From: Patescibacteria group bacterium
GTDB taxonomy: Bacteria > Patescibacteriota > Minisyncoccia > Phycocordibacterales > PALSA-1337
Length of the DNA stretch: 64,000 bases
Assembly (NCBI GenBank): GCA_024654575.1
Contig: JANLHG010000020.1
Location: 55,991 to 119,990 of the forward strand
Direction: 5' to 3'
Shown: in pieces, positions 48,825-60,064 of the stretch
Layout of the letters: every line of letters begins with the position of its first letter
Position numbering within the stretch: the first letter of the stretch is position 1
Notes under the pieces: model-generated
Databases searched by the model: none
Seen by the model: only the letters and a program-made list of their open reading frames with translations
What the model was told of the DNA's origin: nothing
Made by a program: the position numbers and the translations under genes

Positions 48825-49628
48825 TTAGTTTTTTATACAGATATTGTAGGCCTTAACTTGATTGTTATAAGTTTCAATAAAACTCTTTAACTCTGTTATT
48901 GTACTATTTGTTTTTTCGACCATATCGTTGTATTCTTTTATTTTTACAGTATCATTTTGCTTGATTGTCTCGGCATTTTTTTCAATATCAGCTTTTATTG
49001 ATACTAAAGCTGTTTGATAGACATCAATTTTTGTTTGAAGGTTTTTATCTATTGAGGGACAAAGAGAAGCTGGACGAGAAAAAATCTGAATCGCTATCCA
49101 CGTACTTTTACCATTAAATTCCCCTCTCTCAACAGCTATTCCTATTTTTGTAAAACGATTATTAAGAATATTAGCACGATGTCCAGGGCTATCCATCCAA
49201 GCTTTAACGAGAGCTTCATCATCTGGAAAATTTCCCATTGCTATATTTTCACCTATTAAAATATATTCATAACCAATAGATTTTGAAACTTCTGGAGCTC
49301 CAACGCCTTGTGGAGAAAAATGTTCAAAATATTGCTTCGCAAACATATCTTTCAAACGTATTTCAGCAATTTTGTTCAGATCTTTATCAAGTCCAAATGC
49401 TGGTAACTTTCCATTAGTATCTCTTGCTAAATTTGTATAAGTAACTACACCCTCTACAGTAAGGTTTGATACGGGTGCATCATTTTTTAAAATGAGCGGA
49501 ATGTTTTCGACAATGTTTTCAATAATTTTTTCTTCTATTTTGCTTTCTATAATATCATGCGGAACAATTTTTGGTAAAATAATAAAAACAGTTACTACAA
49601 TAAGTAGTATGGTGAATAAAAATTTCAT
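48825..49628 (-). CDS. CAP/SCP/PR-1 domain protein, membrane anchored
   Basis: AWMDSPGHRANIL signature. Confidence 0.7.
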   Translation of the reverse strand: MKFLFTILLIVVTVFIILPKIVPHDIIESKIEEKIIENIVENIPLILKNDAPVSNLTVEGVVTYTNLARDTNGKLPAFGLDKDLNKIAEIRLKDMFAKQYFEHFSPQGVGAPEVSKSIGYEYILIGENIAMGNFPDDEALVKAWMDSPGHRANILNNRFTKIGIAVERGEFNGKSTWIAIQIFSRPASLCPSIDKNLQTKIDVYQTALVSIKADIEKNAETIKQNDTVKIKEYNDMVEKTNSTITELKSFIETYNNQVKAYNICIKN

Positions 49629-49646
49629 ATAAGTATTATAACAGAC

Positions 49647-49679
49647 GAACCTCGCTTTTATGTAATAAAAGCGAGGTTC
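49647..49679 (-). terminator. hairpin GAACCTCGCTTTTA-N5-TAAAAGCGAGGTTC downstream of RRM gene
   Basis: 14-bp perfect stem. Confidence 0.45.
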
Positions 49680-49704
49680 TAGTCTTGTTAGTCAGTAATA
49701 GTTA

Positions 49705-49998
49705 TTACCAGCTGTTTCCTCCTCTGTCGCCTCCACGAGGTGCTCGAGGTTGCATAGGACGAGCCTCATTTACTGTAAGACGTCGGCCTTCAAGCTCCTT
49801 TCCATTAAACATATTGATGGCGTTTTGTGCTTCTTCATCAGAAGACATTTCTACGAATCCGAATCCTTTTGATCGGTTCGTCATCTTGTCCATAATAATG
49901 CTTGCTGATGTAACTGTACCAGCTTGCGCGAAATAAGTCTTCAGCGCATCTTCGCTGGTGCTATAAGCAATACCACCAACATATAATTTCTTAGCCAT
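49705..49998 (-). CDS. RRM-type RNA-binding protein
   Basis: RNP-2 LYVGGI, RNP-1 KGFGFVEM, Gly/Arg tail. Confidence 0.75.
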   Translation of the reverse strand: MAKKLYVGGIAYSTSEDALKTYFAQAGTVTSASIIMDKMTNRSKGFGFVEMSSDEEAQNAINMFNGKELEGRRLTVNEARPMQPRAPRGGDRGGNSW

Positions 49999-50095
49999 TC
50001 TATTTACTTTACCTAGTCTTTAAATTAAACGTAAGGCGACTAGCAAAAACTTACTTCGAGTAGTATAGCATACTCACCTATTTTAGGCAAATAGC

Positions 50096-51991
50096 TTATT
50101 TCTTATCTTCTTCTTTCTTATCCTCTTCTTTAAACTCAGCATCGCGGACATTTTCTTTATCTTGCCCGTCCGAAGGATTAGGGTTTTCCGGCTTTGATTG
50201 CATATACTGCCCTATTTTTTGAATTTCAGTAGAAAGTGCTTCTGATGCTGATTTGACTGTAGCAATATCAGTACTATCTCTTGCAGTTTTAAGCAAAGCA
50301 ATTTTATCTTCAATTGTCTTTTTAACATCTTCCGGAACTTTATCTCCTGCGTCCTTAAGAGCTTTTTCTGAAGTGTAAATTAATTGTTCCGCAAAATTCT
50401 TTGCTTCTACTTCTTCTTTTTTCTTTTGATCTGACGCATTGTTAATTTCTGCATCTTTTTGCATTTTAGCAATTTCTTCTTTTGATAGACCAGATGTCGC
50501 CTGAATTTTAATGGATTGCACTTTACCTGTTGATTTATCCTTGGCAGTCACATTAAGAATACCATTTGCATCAATATCAAACGAAACTTCAATTTGAGGC
50601 ATTCCTCTTTGAGCTGGTGGAATACCATCTAAAACAAATTGACCAATACTTTTATTATCATTCGCCATCGGTCTTTCACCTTGAACGATATTAATTTGTA
50701 CTTGTGTTTGATTATCTGAAGCAGTTGAGAATGTTTGAGATTTTGAAGTTGGAATGGTGGTATTTTTTTCAATCAGTTTTGTAGCAACACCTCCCATAGT
50801 TTCAATTCCCAAAGAAAGCGGAATAACATCGAGTAGAAGAATATCTTTAACATCTCCTCCTAGAATTCCTCCTTGAATAGCTGCTCCGAGTGCAACAACT
50901 TCATCGGGATTAACTCCCATATGAGGTTCTTTATTAAAGAATTCTTTAACTACTTTTTGCATAGCAGGCATTCTAGTCTGTCCACCAACTAAAATAACTT
51001 CTTGAATTTCATTAACTTTAAATGGAGACGCTTCCATAGCTCGTTTAGTAATAGCCATTGCACGGTCAATAAATTCTCGAGTTAATTCTTCCAATTTTGC
51101 TCGTGTAAATGTCATCACTAAGTGCTTTGGTCCATCAGCAGTAGAAGTAACAAACGGAATATTGACTTCTGTTTGTACTGATGTAGAAAGTTCTATCTTT
51201 GCTTTTTCAGCAGCTTCATCAAGTCTCTGTAGGGCTAAGGTATCCTTTGAAATATCAATTCCTGATTCTTTTTTGAACTCATCAGAAAGATATTTGATAA
51301 TTTTCTGGTCAATATCTTTTCCTCCAAGATGTGCATCGCCATCTGTAGATTTTACTTCCACAACATCATCTCCAACTTCAAGTACAGAAATATCAAATGT
51401 TCCTCCACCAAAGTCAAAGACAACAATTTTTTCTTCTTTGTTTTTGTTAAAACCATAGGCAAGTGCCGCCGCTGTAGGTTCATTTATAATTCTTTTAACA
51501 TCAAGACCAGCAATCTTACCAGCATCCTTTGTAGCTTGTCTTTGAGAATCATTAAAGTATGCAGGAACAGTAATAACAGCTTCTGTGATTTTTTCTCCAA
51601 TACGAGCTTCCGCATCATTTTTTAATTTTTGAATAATCATCGCAGAAATTTCTTCCGGACGATACCATTTACCAGACATATTAACTTCTATTCCACCATT
51701 TGCAGATTTTTGCAATTCAAAAGGCACAGACGCTTTATCTTTTTGTACAGCTTCTTCATCAAATGTATGACCGATAAAACGTTTTATTTGATAAATAGTG
51801 TTTTTGGGATTAGTGACAGCTTGTCTTTTTGCAAGCAATCCTATAATTTTTTCTCCTGTTTTAGATTGAGCAACGATTGAAGGAGTAGTTCTAGCCCCTT
51901 CAGCGTTTTCTAAGATTTTTGGATCTCCCGCTTCCATAATTGCGACCGCAGAGTTAGTTGTTCCAAGATCAATTCCTATAATTTTAGACAT
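50096..51991 (-). CDS. dnaK: molecular chaperone DnaK (Hsp70)
   Basis: [18 protein letters not shown], full-length 631 aa. Confidence 0.95.
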   Translation of the reverse strand: MSKIIGIDLGTTNSAVAIMEAGDPKILENAEGARTTPSIVAQSKTGEKIIGLLAKRQAVTNPKNTIYQIKRFIGHTFDEEAVQKDKASVPFELQKSANGGIEVNMSGKWYRPEEISAMIIQKLKNDAEARIGEKITEAVITVPAYFNDSQRQATKDAGKIAGLDVKRIINEPTAAALAYGFNKNKEEKIVVFDFGGGTFDISVLEVGDDVVEVKSTDGDAHLGGKDIDQKIIKYLSDEFKKESGIDISKDTLALQRLDEAAEKAKIELSTSVQTEVNIPFVTSTADGPKHLVMTFTRAKLEELTREFIDRAMAITKRAMEASPFKVNEIQEVILVGGQTRMPAMQKVVKEFFNKEPHMGVNPDEVVALGAAIQGGILGGDVKDILLLDVIPLSLGIETMGGVATKLIEKNTTIPTSKSQTFSTASDNQTQVQINIVQGERPMANDNKSIGQFVLDGIPPAQRGMPQIEVSFDIDANGILNVTAKDKSTGKVQSIKIQATSGLSKEEIAKMQKDAEINNASDQKKKEEVEAKNFAEQLIYTSEKALKDAGDKVPEDVKKTIEDKIALLKTARDSTDIATVKSASEALSTEIQKIGQYMQSKPENPNPSDGQDKENVRDAEFKEEDKKEEDKK

Positions 51992-52030
51992 AATTTTTAT
52001 TATTAGTTTTTAAAATTGAGTAACAAAATT

Positions 52031-52327
52031 TTAAAAACTTGGTGCTCGTGTTGGTTGACTATTAAAAAAGAAAAATTGATTAAATGGTGAAAGAATCGGT
52101 GCAAGTAGTGAAATATATGTAAATTCTTGTGTTTCTTTTTCTTTATATTCAGGAAGAAATGTTTGTTTTTTAATTTGTATATTGATAGGAGAAACAGAAA
52201 TAATCCTACCTTGAAAAGTCCCATTAACTTCAATAATAGTAAATCTCACACGGACAAAAACACCGTTTTTATCTTTAACGACTCTTTCAAAAATATTATT
52301 TAGTTCTTTATTTTGAAATAAAAGCAT
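52031..52327 (-). CDS. doubtful small ORF between grpE and dnaK
   Basis: 98 aa, low-complexity tail; may be non-coding spacer. Confidence 0.2.
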   Translation of the reverse strand: MLLFQNKELNNIFERVVKDKNGVFVRVRFTIIEVNGTFQGRIISVSPINIQIKKQTFLPEYKEKETQEFTYISLLAPILSPFNQFFFFNSQPTRAPSF

Positions 52328-52329
52328 TT

Positions 52330-52890
52330 TTATTTTTTAAATTGTCCTATTTTTACTTTTGGTGATTTTATAATCTTACCATTTAGACTATATCCTTTTT
52401 GAATAACTTTTGTGATTATATCATTTTTTGATTCATCATCAACTATTTCAAATTCAATAGCTTCGTCTCTCATTGGATTAAATTTTTCTCCAAGTGGATT
52501 TATTTCTAAAAGATTATTGTTTACTAATATAGTTTTAAGTTGAGAATAAATATGTTCAACGCCTATTCTCCAGTTTTTATCAACTTTTTCCCACATTTCT
52601 TTGTTCGCCATTGCTATTTCAAAACTATCAAGTACTGGGATAATTTCTATTATCAAATTTTCATTAGCAAACTTAAAAGTATCAATTCTTAATTCTTCAT
52701 CTCTCTTACGCATATTCACAAAATCAGCTTTTGCTCTCTGTAACTCTGTCAAATGTTGCTGTTTTTCTTCAACAGCTTTTTTAAGCTTTTCTTTAAGATT
52801 AGTGATAGTGTCTTTGGCAGATTCCTCCGCAATGACAGAATCATCTAGATTTTCATCAGATTCAATTGTGATATCTTTTTCTTCTTCCAT
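52330..52890 (-). CDS. grpE: nucleotide exchange factor GrpE
   Basis: acidic N-term, RAKADFVNMRKR, C-terminal beta-domain pattern. Confidence 0.85.
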   Translation of the reverse strand: MEEEKDITIESDENLDDSVIAEESAKDTITNLKEKLKKAVEEKQQHLTELQRAKADFVNMRKRDEELRIDTFKFANENLIIEIIPVLDSFEIAMANKEMWEKVDKNWRIGVEHIYSQLKTILVNNNLLEINPLGEKFNPMRDEAIEFEIVDDESKNDIITKVIQKGYSLNGKIIKSPKVKIGQFKK

Positions 52891-52896
52891 ATTTTA

Positions 52897-53304
52897 TTAT
52901 CTCTTACTCCACTGTGGTGCTTTTCTAGCTTTCTTTAGACCGAATTTTCGGCGTTCTTTTGCTCGTGGGTCACGCTTTAGAAAACCAAGTTTTTTGATAT
53001 CTTTACGTAATTCTTTATCATAATCAATCAATCCTCGTGCAATACCATGACGAACTGCTTCTGCTTGAGAATGAACTCCGCCACCTTTAACAACAACAGT
53101 AATTTTAAATTTTTGAGTAATTTTAGCTTTATCTAAACTTTCTACAGCAACCATTCTAAGTTCATCTGTTGGAAAATAAATATTAAGATTCTTGTCATTT
53201 ATAACAAAAGAATTTTTTGCTTGTGGAGTTATACGAACTCTAGCAACAGAAGTTTTTCTTCGTCCAACAGTTTCAATGTACCTGTGATTTGTTTCTGGTT
53301 GCAT
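52897..53304 (-). CDS. rpsI: 30S ribosomal protein S9
   Basis: GRRKTSVARV... ...KKARKAPQWSKR. Confidence 0.9.
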   Translation of the reverse strand: MQPETNHRYIETVGRRKTSVARVRITPQAKNSFVINDKNLNIYFPTDELRMVAVESLDKAKITQKFKITVVVKGGGVHSQAEAVRHGIARGLIDYDKELRKDIKKLGFLKRDPRAKERRKFGLKKARKAPQWSKR

Positions 53305-53305
53305 A

Positions 53306-53659
53306 TTATTCTTTAATTATTAAATTTTTCATCATTCCTTTAGTTAATTTATTGTGTGGAAGCATACCATAAATCGCCGTCTTGAATACTTCACTGTAAC
53401 CTTTATCTTTTATCATTTCGCCCATAGTTTCATTATGAAGACCTCCAGGATAACCACTGTAAGTAAGATAAACTTTTTCCAATTTCTTTTTTACATCTAT
53501 TTTTGCTAATGAAGTGTTAATAACTTCAACTTTAACATCAGGTATTTTATTTCTAACAAAATCTGCTCTATCTTTTCCCATAAGAAAAATGGCCGCTTGA
53601 CTTGCGATTCTCCCTATTTTTTTTCCTTTTGCGTCAATGGTATGCATATTTTTATACAA
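53306..53659 (-). CDS. rplM: 50S ribosomal protein L13
   Basis: IDAKGKKIGRIASQAA pattern. Confidence 0.9.
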   Translation of the reverse strand: MYKNMHTIDAKGKKIGRIASQAAIFLMGKDRADFVRNKIPDVKVEVINTSLAKIDVKKKLEKVYLTYSGYPGGLHNETMGEMIKDKGYSEVFKTAIYGMLPHNKLTKGMMKNLIIKE

Positions 53660-54002
53660 ATTCTATTATTGCCATTTTTGAACCGTCTGATTGACGTCTA
53701 GGCAACTTGATAATTCTAGTGTAACCTCCATTTCTATCTTTATACTTAGGACCAATTTCTTTTATGAGAGCATCCACTCCATCATTATCACCAATTCTTG
53801 ATGAAATCAATCTTCTCATAGCTAAAGTTCCAGTTTTTGACTTTGTGACGAGCTTTTCCACAAAAGGTCTTAATTCTTTAGCTTTAGCTTCTGTTGTTTT
53901 AATTTTTTCTTTTATCAATAAAGATAACGCTAAAGATTTAAGAAGTGCATTTCTCTGATTTTTCTCCCTTCCAAATTTTCTGGTGTTATTATGATGTCTC
54001 AT
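53652..54002 (-). CDS. rplQ: 50S ribosomal protein L17
   Basis: MRHHNNTRKFGR...ALLKSLA... Confidence 0.9.
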   Translation of the reverse strand: MRHHNNTRKFGREKNQRNALLKSLALSLLIKEKIKTTEAKAKELRPFVEKLVTKSKTGTLAMRRLISSRIGDNDGVDALIKEIGPKYKDRNGGYTRIIKLPRRQSDGSKMAIIEFV

Positions 54003-54004
54003 AC

Positions 54005-54973
54005 TTATCTTAATGTAATGCCGTAATTACTAAGAGCTTTCTTTATTTCTTGAATTCCTTTTGTACCAAGACCTTCAATTTCCATAATATCAGCTTCTTT
54101 CTTCCTTGCAAGTCCGCCGACTGTTCTAATATTGGCATTAGATAAAGCTTTTACAGTTCTAGCTGAAAGTCCAATAGAATCTGTCCTCGTTTTCATAAAC
54201 TCAACATCAAATTCTTTCTTTGATTCGGCATTTTTCTTTTCTTTTTGACTTTCTTCTTTTTCAACTTCTGGTTTGACTTCTTCTTTAAAACCAACAATAG
54301 CTTTAAGTTGGTGTATCATAATTTCTATAGATTTTGACAATGCTTCATTTGGCGAGACAGTTCCATCAGTTTCAATAAATATTTTCAAACGATTGAAATC
54401 AGTTCTATCACCCACTCTCATATTCTCAACTTCATAATTAACTCGACGGATTGGGGTAAAAAGGGCATCTAAAGTTATGTTACCTATATCTACCCTATCT
54501 TTCTCTAAAACGTCTTTTGGAACGTAGCCAAGGCCTTTTTCAACGGTCATTTCAATATCAAGTTCGCTATTCTTGTTCGTGATATGAGCAACTGGAAGAT
54601 CTGGATTTAATATTTCAACTTGACCTGGGTGTTCTATATCTCCAGCTGTTATATTTTTTATTCCCTTTAATTTAAGATTTAAAGTTTGAGGTTCGTCAGT
54701 AGACATTTTAATACGAACTCTTTTTAAATTCAAAAGAATAGTAATAACATCTTCTTTTACTCCTTCAATAGTTGAAAACTCATGATTAACTCCATCTATC
54801 TTTACTCTAGTGATAGCCGATCCAGGAATAGAGGACAAAATAATTCTACGAATAGAATTACCGAGAGTATGTCCATAACCAGGATACAAACCATCAATCT
54901 CGTATATACCAGTAAATCCTTCTTCTTTTATAATTCTAGGCTTTGATGGTAACAATACATTTAAGTCAGACAT
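54005..54973 (-). CDS. rpoA: DNA-directed RNA polymerase alpha subunit (start trimmed to MSDLNV...)
   Basis: alpha NTD motifs, C-terminal helix-hairpin-helix; ORF-track N-terminal extension discarded. Confidence 0.9.
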   Translation of the reverse strand: MSDLNVLLPSKPRIIKEEGFTGIYEIDGLYPGYGHTLGNSIRRIILSSIPGSAITRVKIDGVNHEFSTIEGVKEDVITILLNLKRVRIKMSTDEPQTLNLKLKGIKNITAGDIEHPGQVEILNPDLPVAHITNKNSELDIEMTVEKGLGYVPKDVLEKDRVDIGNITLDALFTPIRRVNYEVENMRVGDRTDFNRLKIFIETDGTVSPNEALSKSIEIMIHQLKAIVGFKEEVKPEVEKEESQKEKKNAESKKEFDVEFMKTRTDSIGLSARTVKALSNANIRTVGGLARKKEADIMEIEGLGTKGIQEIKKALSNYGITLR

Positions 54974-55028
54974 AGTGATAAAAAAAATATTAAAATCGCT
55001 TTTAATTTGCTTACTAAAAACTATACCA

Positions 55029-55637
55029 TTACCTGCTATAAAACTCAAGTATTGCTCCAATATCAAACAATAAATCAGTTTTAGCAATAGTTGGTATCCC
55101 TTGAACCTTCCATTCCATTTTCTCCAAATCAAAGGCCAACCAAGATGGAGTATTGTATGTTTTCATTTTTTCTACAATGCTTGAAAACATTGGACTCTTC
55201 TTGCTTCCCTCACGAATAGATATAATATCTCCAATTTTTACTTGATATGAAGGAAAACTCGATTTTTTACCATTTATTAAAATATGACCATGAGTAACAA
55301 CCTGCCTAGCAAAAGCCCTAGATGTAACAATGCCCGACCTCAATACAGCATTATCAAGTCTTGACTCAAGAGAGGACAATAAAATACCAGAAGAATCTCC
55401 CTTTGTTTTTACCGCCTCCTTAACATAGTTTGAAAATTGTCTTTCACCTAGTCCATAACTATATCTAGCTTTTTGTTTCTCAATAACTTTAAGACCGTAA
55501 TCAGTCTTAGCTCTCGGTTTTGATGTTCTTGAAGCTTTTTTTCTAGCTTCACTCATAACAAACTTCTGTGTCTGTGTTTTTTCAAAAACTGGGGCTCCTA
55601 ATCTTCTTGCTATTTTGTATTTTGGTCCAAATTTCAT
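55029..55637 (-). CDS. rpsD: 30S ribosomal protein S4
   Basis: KYKIARRLG..., S4 domain LESRLDNAV. Confidence 0.9.
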   Translation of the reverse strand: MKFGPKYKIARRLGAPVFEKTQTQKFVMSEARKKASRTSKPRAKTDYGLKVIEKQKARYSYGLGERQFSNYVKEAVKTKGDSSGILLSSLESRLDNAVLRSGIVTSRAFARQVVTHGHILINGKKSSFPSYQVKIGDIISIREGSKKSPMFSSIVEKMKTYNTPSWLAFDLEKMEWKVQGIPTIAKTDLLFDIGAILEFYSR

Positions 55638-55652
55638 AAATATAATATTTTA

Positions 55653-56081
55653 TTAAACCCTTCGAGGTTTTTTGGGTTTTGGTCCATTAAATGGCACAGG
55701 CGTAACATCCTTTATAGAAGAAATAGTTATTCCTTTTGATGTAAAACCACGAATTGAGGATTCTCTTCCTGAACCCACCCCTTTTACTACCACATCAACC
55801 TGCTTTACTCCAAATGTTTCTGCAGAAACAGCTAGAGTTTCTCCAACTTTTGCCGCTGCAAAAGGCGTTCCCTTTTTAGCACCTTTAAAACCTAAAGAAC
55901 CACTTGAAGACCATGCTAAAGCGTTTCCTTTTGGATCAGTTAAAAGCACTTTTGTATTATTATATGTAGATTGAACATACAAAACACCTGACTCAAATTT
56001 CTTTTTTGAGCTTACATTTTGAGGACTTTTTATGTCCTTCACCTTATCTCCTTCTTGTGTTACAATTCTTTTTTTTCCCAT
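55653..56081 (-). CDS. rpsK: 30S ribosomal protein S11 (start trimmed to MGKKRIV)
   Basis: ...VKGVGSGRESSIRG... Confidence 0.9.
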   Translation of the reverse strand: MGKKRIVTQEGDKVKDIKSPQNVSSKKKFESGVLYVQSTYNNTKVLLTDPKGNALAWSSSGSLGFKGAKKGTPFAAAKVGETLAVSAETFGVKQVDVVVKGVGSGRESSIRGFTSKGITISSIKDVTPVPFNGPKPKKPRRV

Positions 56082-56085
56082 TTTA

Positions 56086-56466
56086 TTATGTTTTTTCCTC
56101 CTTCTTTCTTCCACTACCCATTGTTTTTCTAACATTACCTCTAACTGTTCTGGAATTTGTTTTCGTTCTTTGTCCTTTAACTGGTAATTTTTTAATGTGT
56201 CTTATTCCACGATACGTCTTAATATCTTTTAAACGTTTTACATTTGCTCCAATCTCACGTTTTAAATCTCCTTCAATTTTATAACTCTCAACAATTTTTC
56301 TAATTCCATTTTCTTCATCTTGAGTCAAATCTTTTGGTATTTTTCCATAATCTATTCCTGCCTTATCGAGAATCTGTTGAGCACGAGAACGGCCCACTCC
56401 GTATAGAGCAGTTAAAGCCATTTCCATTCTTTTGTTATCTGGAAGAGTAATTCCTAAAATTCTCAT
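56086..56466 (-). CDS. rpsM: 30S ribosomal protein S13 (start trimmed to MRILGITLP)
   Basis: MRILGI..P..K.....L..IYGVG. Confidence 0.9.
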   Translation of the reverse strand: MRILGITLPDNKRMEMALTALYGVGRSRAQQILDKAGIDYGKIPKDLTQDEENGIRKIVESYKIEGDLKREIGANVKRLKDIKTYRGIRHIKKLPVKGQRTKTNSRTVRGNVRKTMGSGRKKEEKT

Positions 56467-56470
56467 AAAT

Positions 56471-56587
56471 TTATCCTTGTCTTTGCTTATGTCGCAAATT
56501 AGATTTACAAATAACATAAACGTAGCCCTTTCTTCGGACCACCTTACATTTTGGACACATTTTTTTTACGGATGCTTTAACTTTCAT
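56471..56587 (-). CDS. rpmJ: 50S ribosomal protein L36 (38 aa; below ORF-track cutoff, found manually)
   Basis: [38 protein letters not shown]. Confidence 0.85.
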   Translation of the reverse strand: MKVKASVKKMCPKCKVVRRKGYVYVICKSNLRHKQRQG

Positions 56588-56588
56588 A

Positions 56589-56810
56589 TTATAATCTTTT
56601 TGTAATTCTCGCTCTACCTCCATAAGGGTCAAGTTCTAAAGTTACCTTATCGCCAAGAAGAATACGAATATGGTGTATTCTCATCTTTCCAGCAAGATAA
56701 GCTAAGACGATATCTTCTTTCCCATCAAGTTTAACTTTAAACAGGGTGTTTGGCAGTGTTTCTGTTACAACACCATATGCTAATGTTTCTTTTGATTGAG
56801 CTTGTTGCAT
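56589..56810 (-). CDS. infA: translation initiation factor IF-1
   Basis: S1-like fold sequence ...[24 protein letters not shown]. Confidence 0.9.
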   Translation of the reverse strand: MQQAQSKETLAYGVVTETLPNTLFKVKLDGKEDIVLAYLAGKMRIHHIRILLGDKVTLELDPYGGRARITKRL

Positions 56811-56836
56811 TTACAAAAATTAATGTGCGTTTTTCA

Positions 56837-57034
56837 TCATAGCAAACCGAGAGCTATGGTGTCAACTTCTATTGAAAGAGAAACCACTTCTCGAAGTCGT
56901 TCGTAAAGCTGGGGTAATGTTTTAGCCTGTGTATAACAACTCCGTAGAGATGGAACAGTCCCAACAAAATATCCCGATTCGTCTTTTTCGATAATAACAG
57001 GTAGATGTAAGGTTTTTTTAGTAGATATTTTCAT
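56837..57034 (-). CDS. HicB-like (UPF0150) antitoxin-fold protein, no adjacent HicA
   Basis: IEKDESGYFVGTVPSLRSCYTQAKTLPQLYERLREVVSLSIE pattern. Confidence 0.5.
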   Translation of the reverse strand: MKISTKKTLHLPVIIEKDESGYFVGTVPSLRSCYTQAKTLPQLYERLREVVSLSIEVDTIALGLL

Positions 57035-57078
57035 AAATATACTATATCAAAAGTTTAGATTTATTACAATACAAATTA

Positions 57079-58833
57079 TTATCTAAATATCCACTTCCAG
57101 AAATTAGTAAAACTATTAAAGATTGATGCTGTCATTGTGGTATTACTTGAATTCTCTGATACTGGTGAAGAACTCGGACTCGCTGAAGGCGAAGGAGTCG
57201 GTGTGGAAGTAGGAGTAGCTGTGGGACTAGGTGATGGTGTGTAGATGGGAGATGGAGAGTATGTAGGAGAAGGAGTATATACAGGAGTAGGACTTGGAGT
57301 GTATGTATAAACTGGAGTTTGGGTAGGGATTGGAGAATATGTTGGACTAGGAGTATAAATTGGGGTAGGGGTAGGTGTGCCTCCTAAAGATTTTTGGACA
57401 TTATCTATGACATTCTGATTTGCGTTGAATGACTTGAGTAGTCCGAGGATGCTGGAGATTTGGACTGAAGTGAGAAGTTTATTAGAAACATTTGACTTTC
57501 GTACCGGAAGTGGTTTTCCATCAGAACCAAGAATAGAAGGCAGAGTCGGTTGGACTGGCAACTGATTGATATAACCCTCGGTGCGAATTTCTATCGAATC
57601 AGAACCGACTGGTTTGCCGGACGCATCAGTGCATGAAATTGTGTAAACCGTTGAAGGGAAACGAGGTATGACTATGGTGGTGCCGATGCCATTCGTAATA
57701 TCAAGAGTCTCCCGTGTCCAGTTACCAGTGCACGAGGTAGCAGTCGGTGGAATTGTCCATAAAAGCGTAGTCTTGCGACCAATCGTACTATAGAGCGAAC
57801 CGTCAGAAGCGGTGCTGAGAGGGGTAAAGAAAGCGTTTGCTTTTAAATCAACGAATGGGATTGCCGGAACAAAATCCTGATTTAGTGCTGTTTTTGGGAC
57901 TTTATCTATCGACACCGCTGCTGGCTCAAAACCATCAAAAAATATCTTATCTCCATGTTTAGGCTCAGGAAATCTAGTATAAGGATTACCGCCATTAACA
58001 AGGATGTCAAAATTGTATGAATAGTAAGGAACATTCTGAATAGTCGGAGTAATATATGTCTTGCTTTGTCCACGCACAATAAGGTCCACAGTACAATTAC
58101 CTTTCACTGTCTGATTATTAACTTTGATTTTACTGCACAAAATAGGACGAGAGAACCAACCGTTCCTATCAGTAGTAGAAACAATTTCATTGATTCTATC
58201 CGATGGTAAAATTGATGACGCGGAAACATTTAAAGTTATACGATAAAAAGTATCGGACTTTCCTCCTTCAAGAATGAGGTAGGCCTTAGAATTTTCCTTC
58301 ACCTCTTGAACCTCGTCGTACACCAAACCAACACTAGACACTCTAAATTTTAATGTGGTTTTTCCACCACCCTGTGCAAAATCTGGGGAATAAGTATAAA
58401 ATGCAGGGTCGGTAGAAATATCCACATCAAAGATTGGTACTTCTTGATCGTCACACTTTCTCACAGAGCGCCCTTTTTCCGTTGTTTGATTGAAATTGTC
58501 GCTAGTGACACATTGCGTCCGACGGTACGATTTTATAAACCGGTCCGAGTAGTTTTCCGTTACTATTTTAAAAACATTATCCTTGCTCGAATAAGGATAA
58601 TTAAATGTAATTTCTTCATTATAAGAAGTCTTTTCATTCCTACGAGAAAGACAATCTTGTGAACCGTCCGGGCATGAGTAGGTACTCTTCTTTGTGCTAC
58701 GGTATTCATCCAAAATGATTCTCACCTTGGGTGAATTATCCATTTTTGATCCTGATTCGGGAATAGTCTGCGCACGAACTAAAAATGGCGTTAAGATTAC
58801 TGTTAGTAAAATCAAAAATATAATTTTTTTCAT
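57079..58833 (-). CDS. secreted/surface protein with C-terminal Pro/Thr/Ser-rich Y(T/S)PSP(T/S) repeats
   Basis: N-terminal signal peptide; C-terminal ~80 aa of [12 protein letters not shown]...-type repeats. Confidence 0.5.
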   Translation of the reverse strand: MKKIIFLILLTVILTPFLVRAQTIPESGSKMDNSPKVRIILDEYRSTKKSTYSCPDGSQDCLSRRNEKTSYNEEITFNYPYSSKDNVFKIVTENYSDRFIKSYRRTQCVTSDNFNQTTEKGRSVRKCDDQEVPIFDVDISTDPAFYTYSPDFAQGGGKTTLKFRVSSVGLVYDEVQEVKENSKAYLILEGGKSDTFYRITLNVSASSILPSDRINEIVSTTDRNGWFSRPILCSKIKVNNQTVKGNCTVDLIVRGQSKTYITPTIQNVPYYSYNFDILVNGGNPYTRFPEPKHGDKIFFDGFEPAAVSIDKVPKTALNQDFVPAIPFVDLKANAFFTPLSTASDGSLYSTIGRKTTLLWTIPPTATSCTGNWTRETLDITNGIGTTIVIPRFPSTVYTISCTDASGKPVGSDSIEIRTEGYINQLPVQPTLPSILGSDGKPLPVRKSNVSNKLLTSVQISSILGLLKSFNANQNVIDNVQKSLGGTPTPTPIYTPSPTYSPIPTQTPVYTYTPSPTPVYTPSPTYSPSPIYTPSPSPTATPTSTPTPSPSASPSSSPVSENSSNTTMTASIFNSFTNFWKWIFR

Positions 58834-60062
58834 TATGGGTTTATTTTTTCTATCTTTATCTTATCTTCATTTACTGGAAACGACCGTTTCCAGAAAGGTC
58901 TTATTGATACTTCTGCATTTTTAATACCGGGATAACTACTTAAAGCTGTTACAATATATTGCGATGCTTTTCCTGCTAATTCATGTTTTAACTTATTCTC
59001 TGAAAATTGCCACACCATAAAAAGTTGACCTTCAACAGAAAATGATACTGTACTAGCGTCCTCAAATGAAAAACTTTGAATATTCTTGATATTAAACTTC
59101 AAACTCTCAATATTTTCAGAAACAACCTCATCTTTGGCTATATTCTCAGATAGTTCTTTTACTAATACACTTTCAAGATCTTTTTTATTAAATAAAATTC
59201 CGTAAGCGACAGCTTTTTCTCGAATAGTAACTTTACCAGATACAGCTGGTAAAATTGGAAGTGACTCATATTCTATTGATGAAAGAGCATTATCAAAAAG
59301 AATAAAATCATCTGGTTTTTGATTAAAGGCTTCTTTTGTAACTTCATTTTTCAATTCAGAACGTAAACCAGCCCTAGCATCTTCTAAAGTTTTATCATCT
59401 GCAACCAAAACCATCCCCTCCTGTCCTCCTAAAATATCATCTTTTAACCTAGCGAAAACTGAATCATATTTTGATGAACCTTTAAATCCTGGTATTTTAA
59501 AATCTCCTTTTAGGTCAGAAAGTAACATATTAGAATCTTTTCCAGTTTCATCGGCATAAACCACAGCCGTTATATTTCCATTAGCTGGTATAGTTATTGT
59601 TTGTTGAATTCTATAAATTTTTCCAATACTATTTTCAAAACGAGTGTTTTTTACAAGCACTTGAGGTTTATCTGTTGAATTATATATTGCAATATTTCCA
59701 AAAGCTTTCTCTGATACATTTTTGGTCTGATTAGCACTAACAACCATTTCTTTCTCTTTTTCAATTTTGACACTATTAAAATGAAGTCCTTTAATATCGG
59801 TATCCTTAAAAGCTGTGTAGTTACCACTTGCCTCTACCGTTTGTGTTTTGGAAGTTATTTTAACGGTTGCGGAAGAAAATAGTAAAGTGGCAGAGAAAAT
59901 AAGGAAAACTATACAAAATAAAGCAACTAGCCATATACCGATTTTATTTTTATTTCTTGGATTTCTAATACGTTCCTTTTTATCCACCTTCTTGTTTATT
60001 TTAACTTGTCTATATTCAGGAACTGATATTCTTTTTATATCTCGCACAATTTTTCTTTCCAT
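58833..60062 (-). CDS. hypothetical N-terminally membrane-anchored protein
   Basis: ORF 409 aa, basic N-terminus then TM. Confidence 0.4.
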   Translation of the reverse strand: MERKIVRDIKRISVPEYRQVKINKKVDKKERIRNPRNKNKIGIWLVALFCIVFLIFSATLLFSSATVKITSKTQTVEASGNYTAFKDTDIKGLHFNSVKIEKEKEMVVSANQTKNVSEKAFGNIAIYNSTDKPQVLVKNTRFENSIGKIYRIQQTITIPANGNITAVVYADETGKDSNMLLSDLKGDFKIPGFKGSSKYDSVFARLKDDILGGQEGMVLVADDKTLEDARAGLRSELKNEVTKEAFNQKPDDFILFDNALSSIEYESLPILPAVSGKVTIREKAVAYGILFNKKDLESVLVKELSENIAKDEVVSENIESLKFNIKNIQSFSFEDASTVSFSVEGQLFMVWQFSENKLKHELAGKASQYIVTALSSYPGIKNAEVSIRPFWKRSFPVNEDKIKIEKINP

Positions 60063-60064
60063 AT

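Noticed and set aside
51162-51880. Plus-strand ORFs inside dnaK (51162..51458, 51329..51625, 51629..51880)
   Set aside because: Antisense to a highly conserved gene; spurious.
54974-55132. N-terminal extension of rpoA ORF (MIWRKWNGRF...)
   Set aside because: It overlaps the rpsD C-terminus; alpha subunits start MSxL..., so the internal Met at 54973 is preferred.
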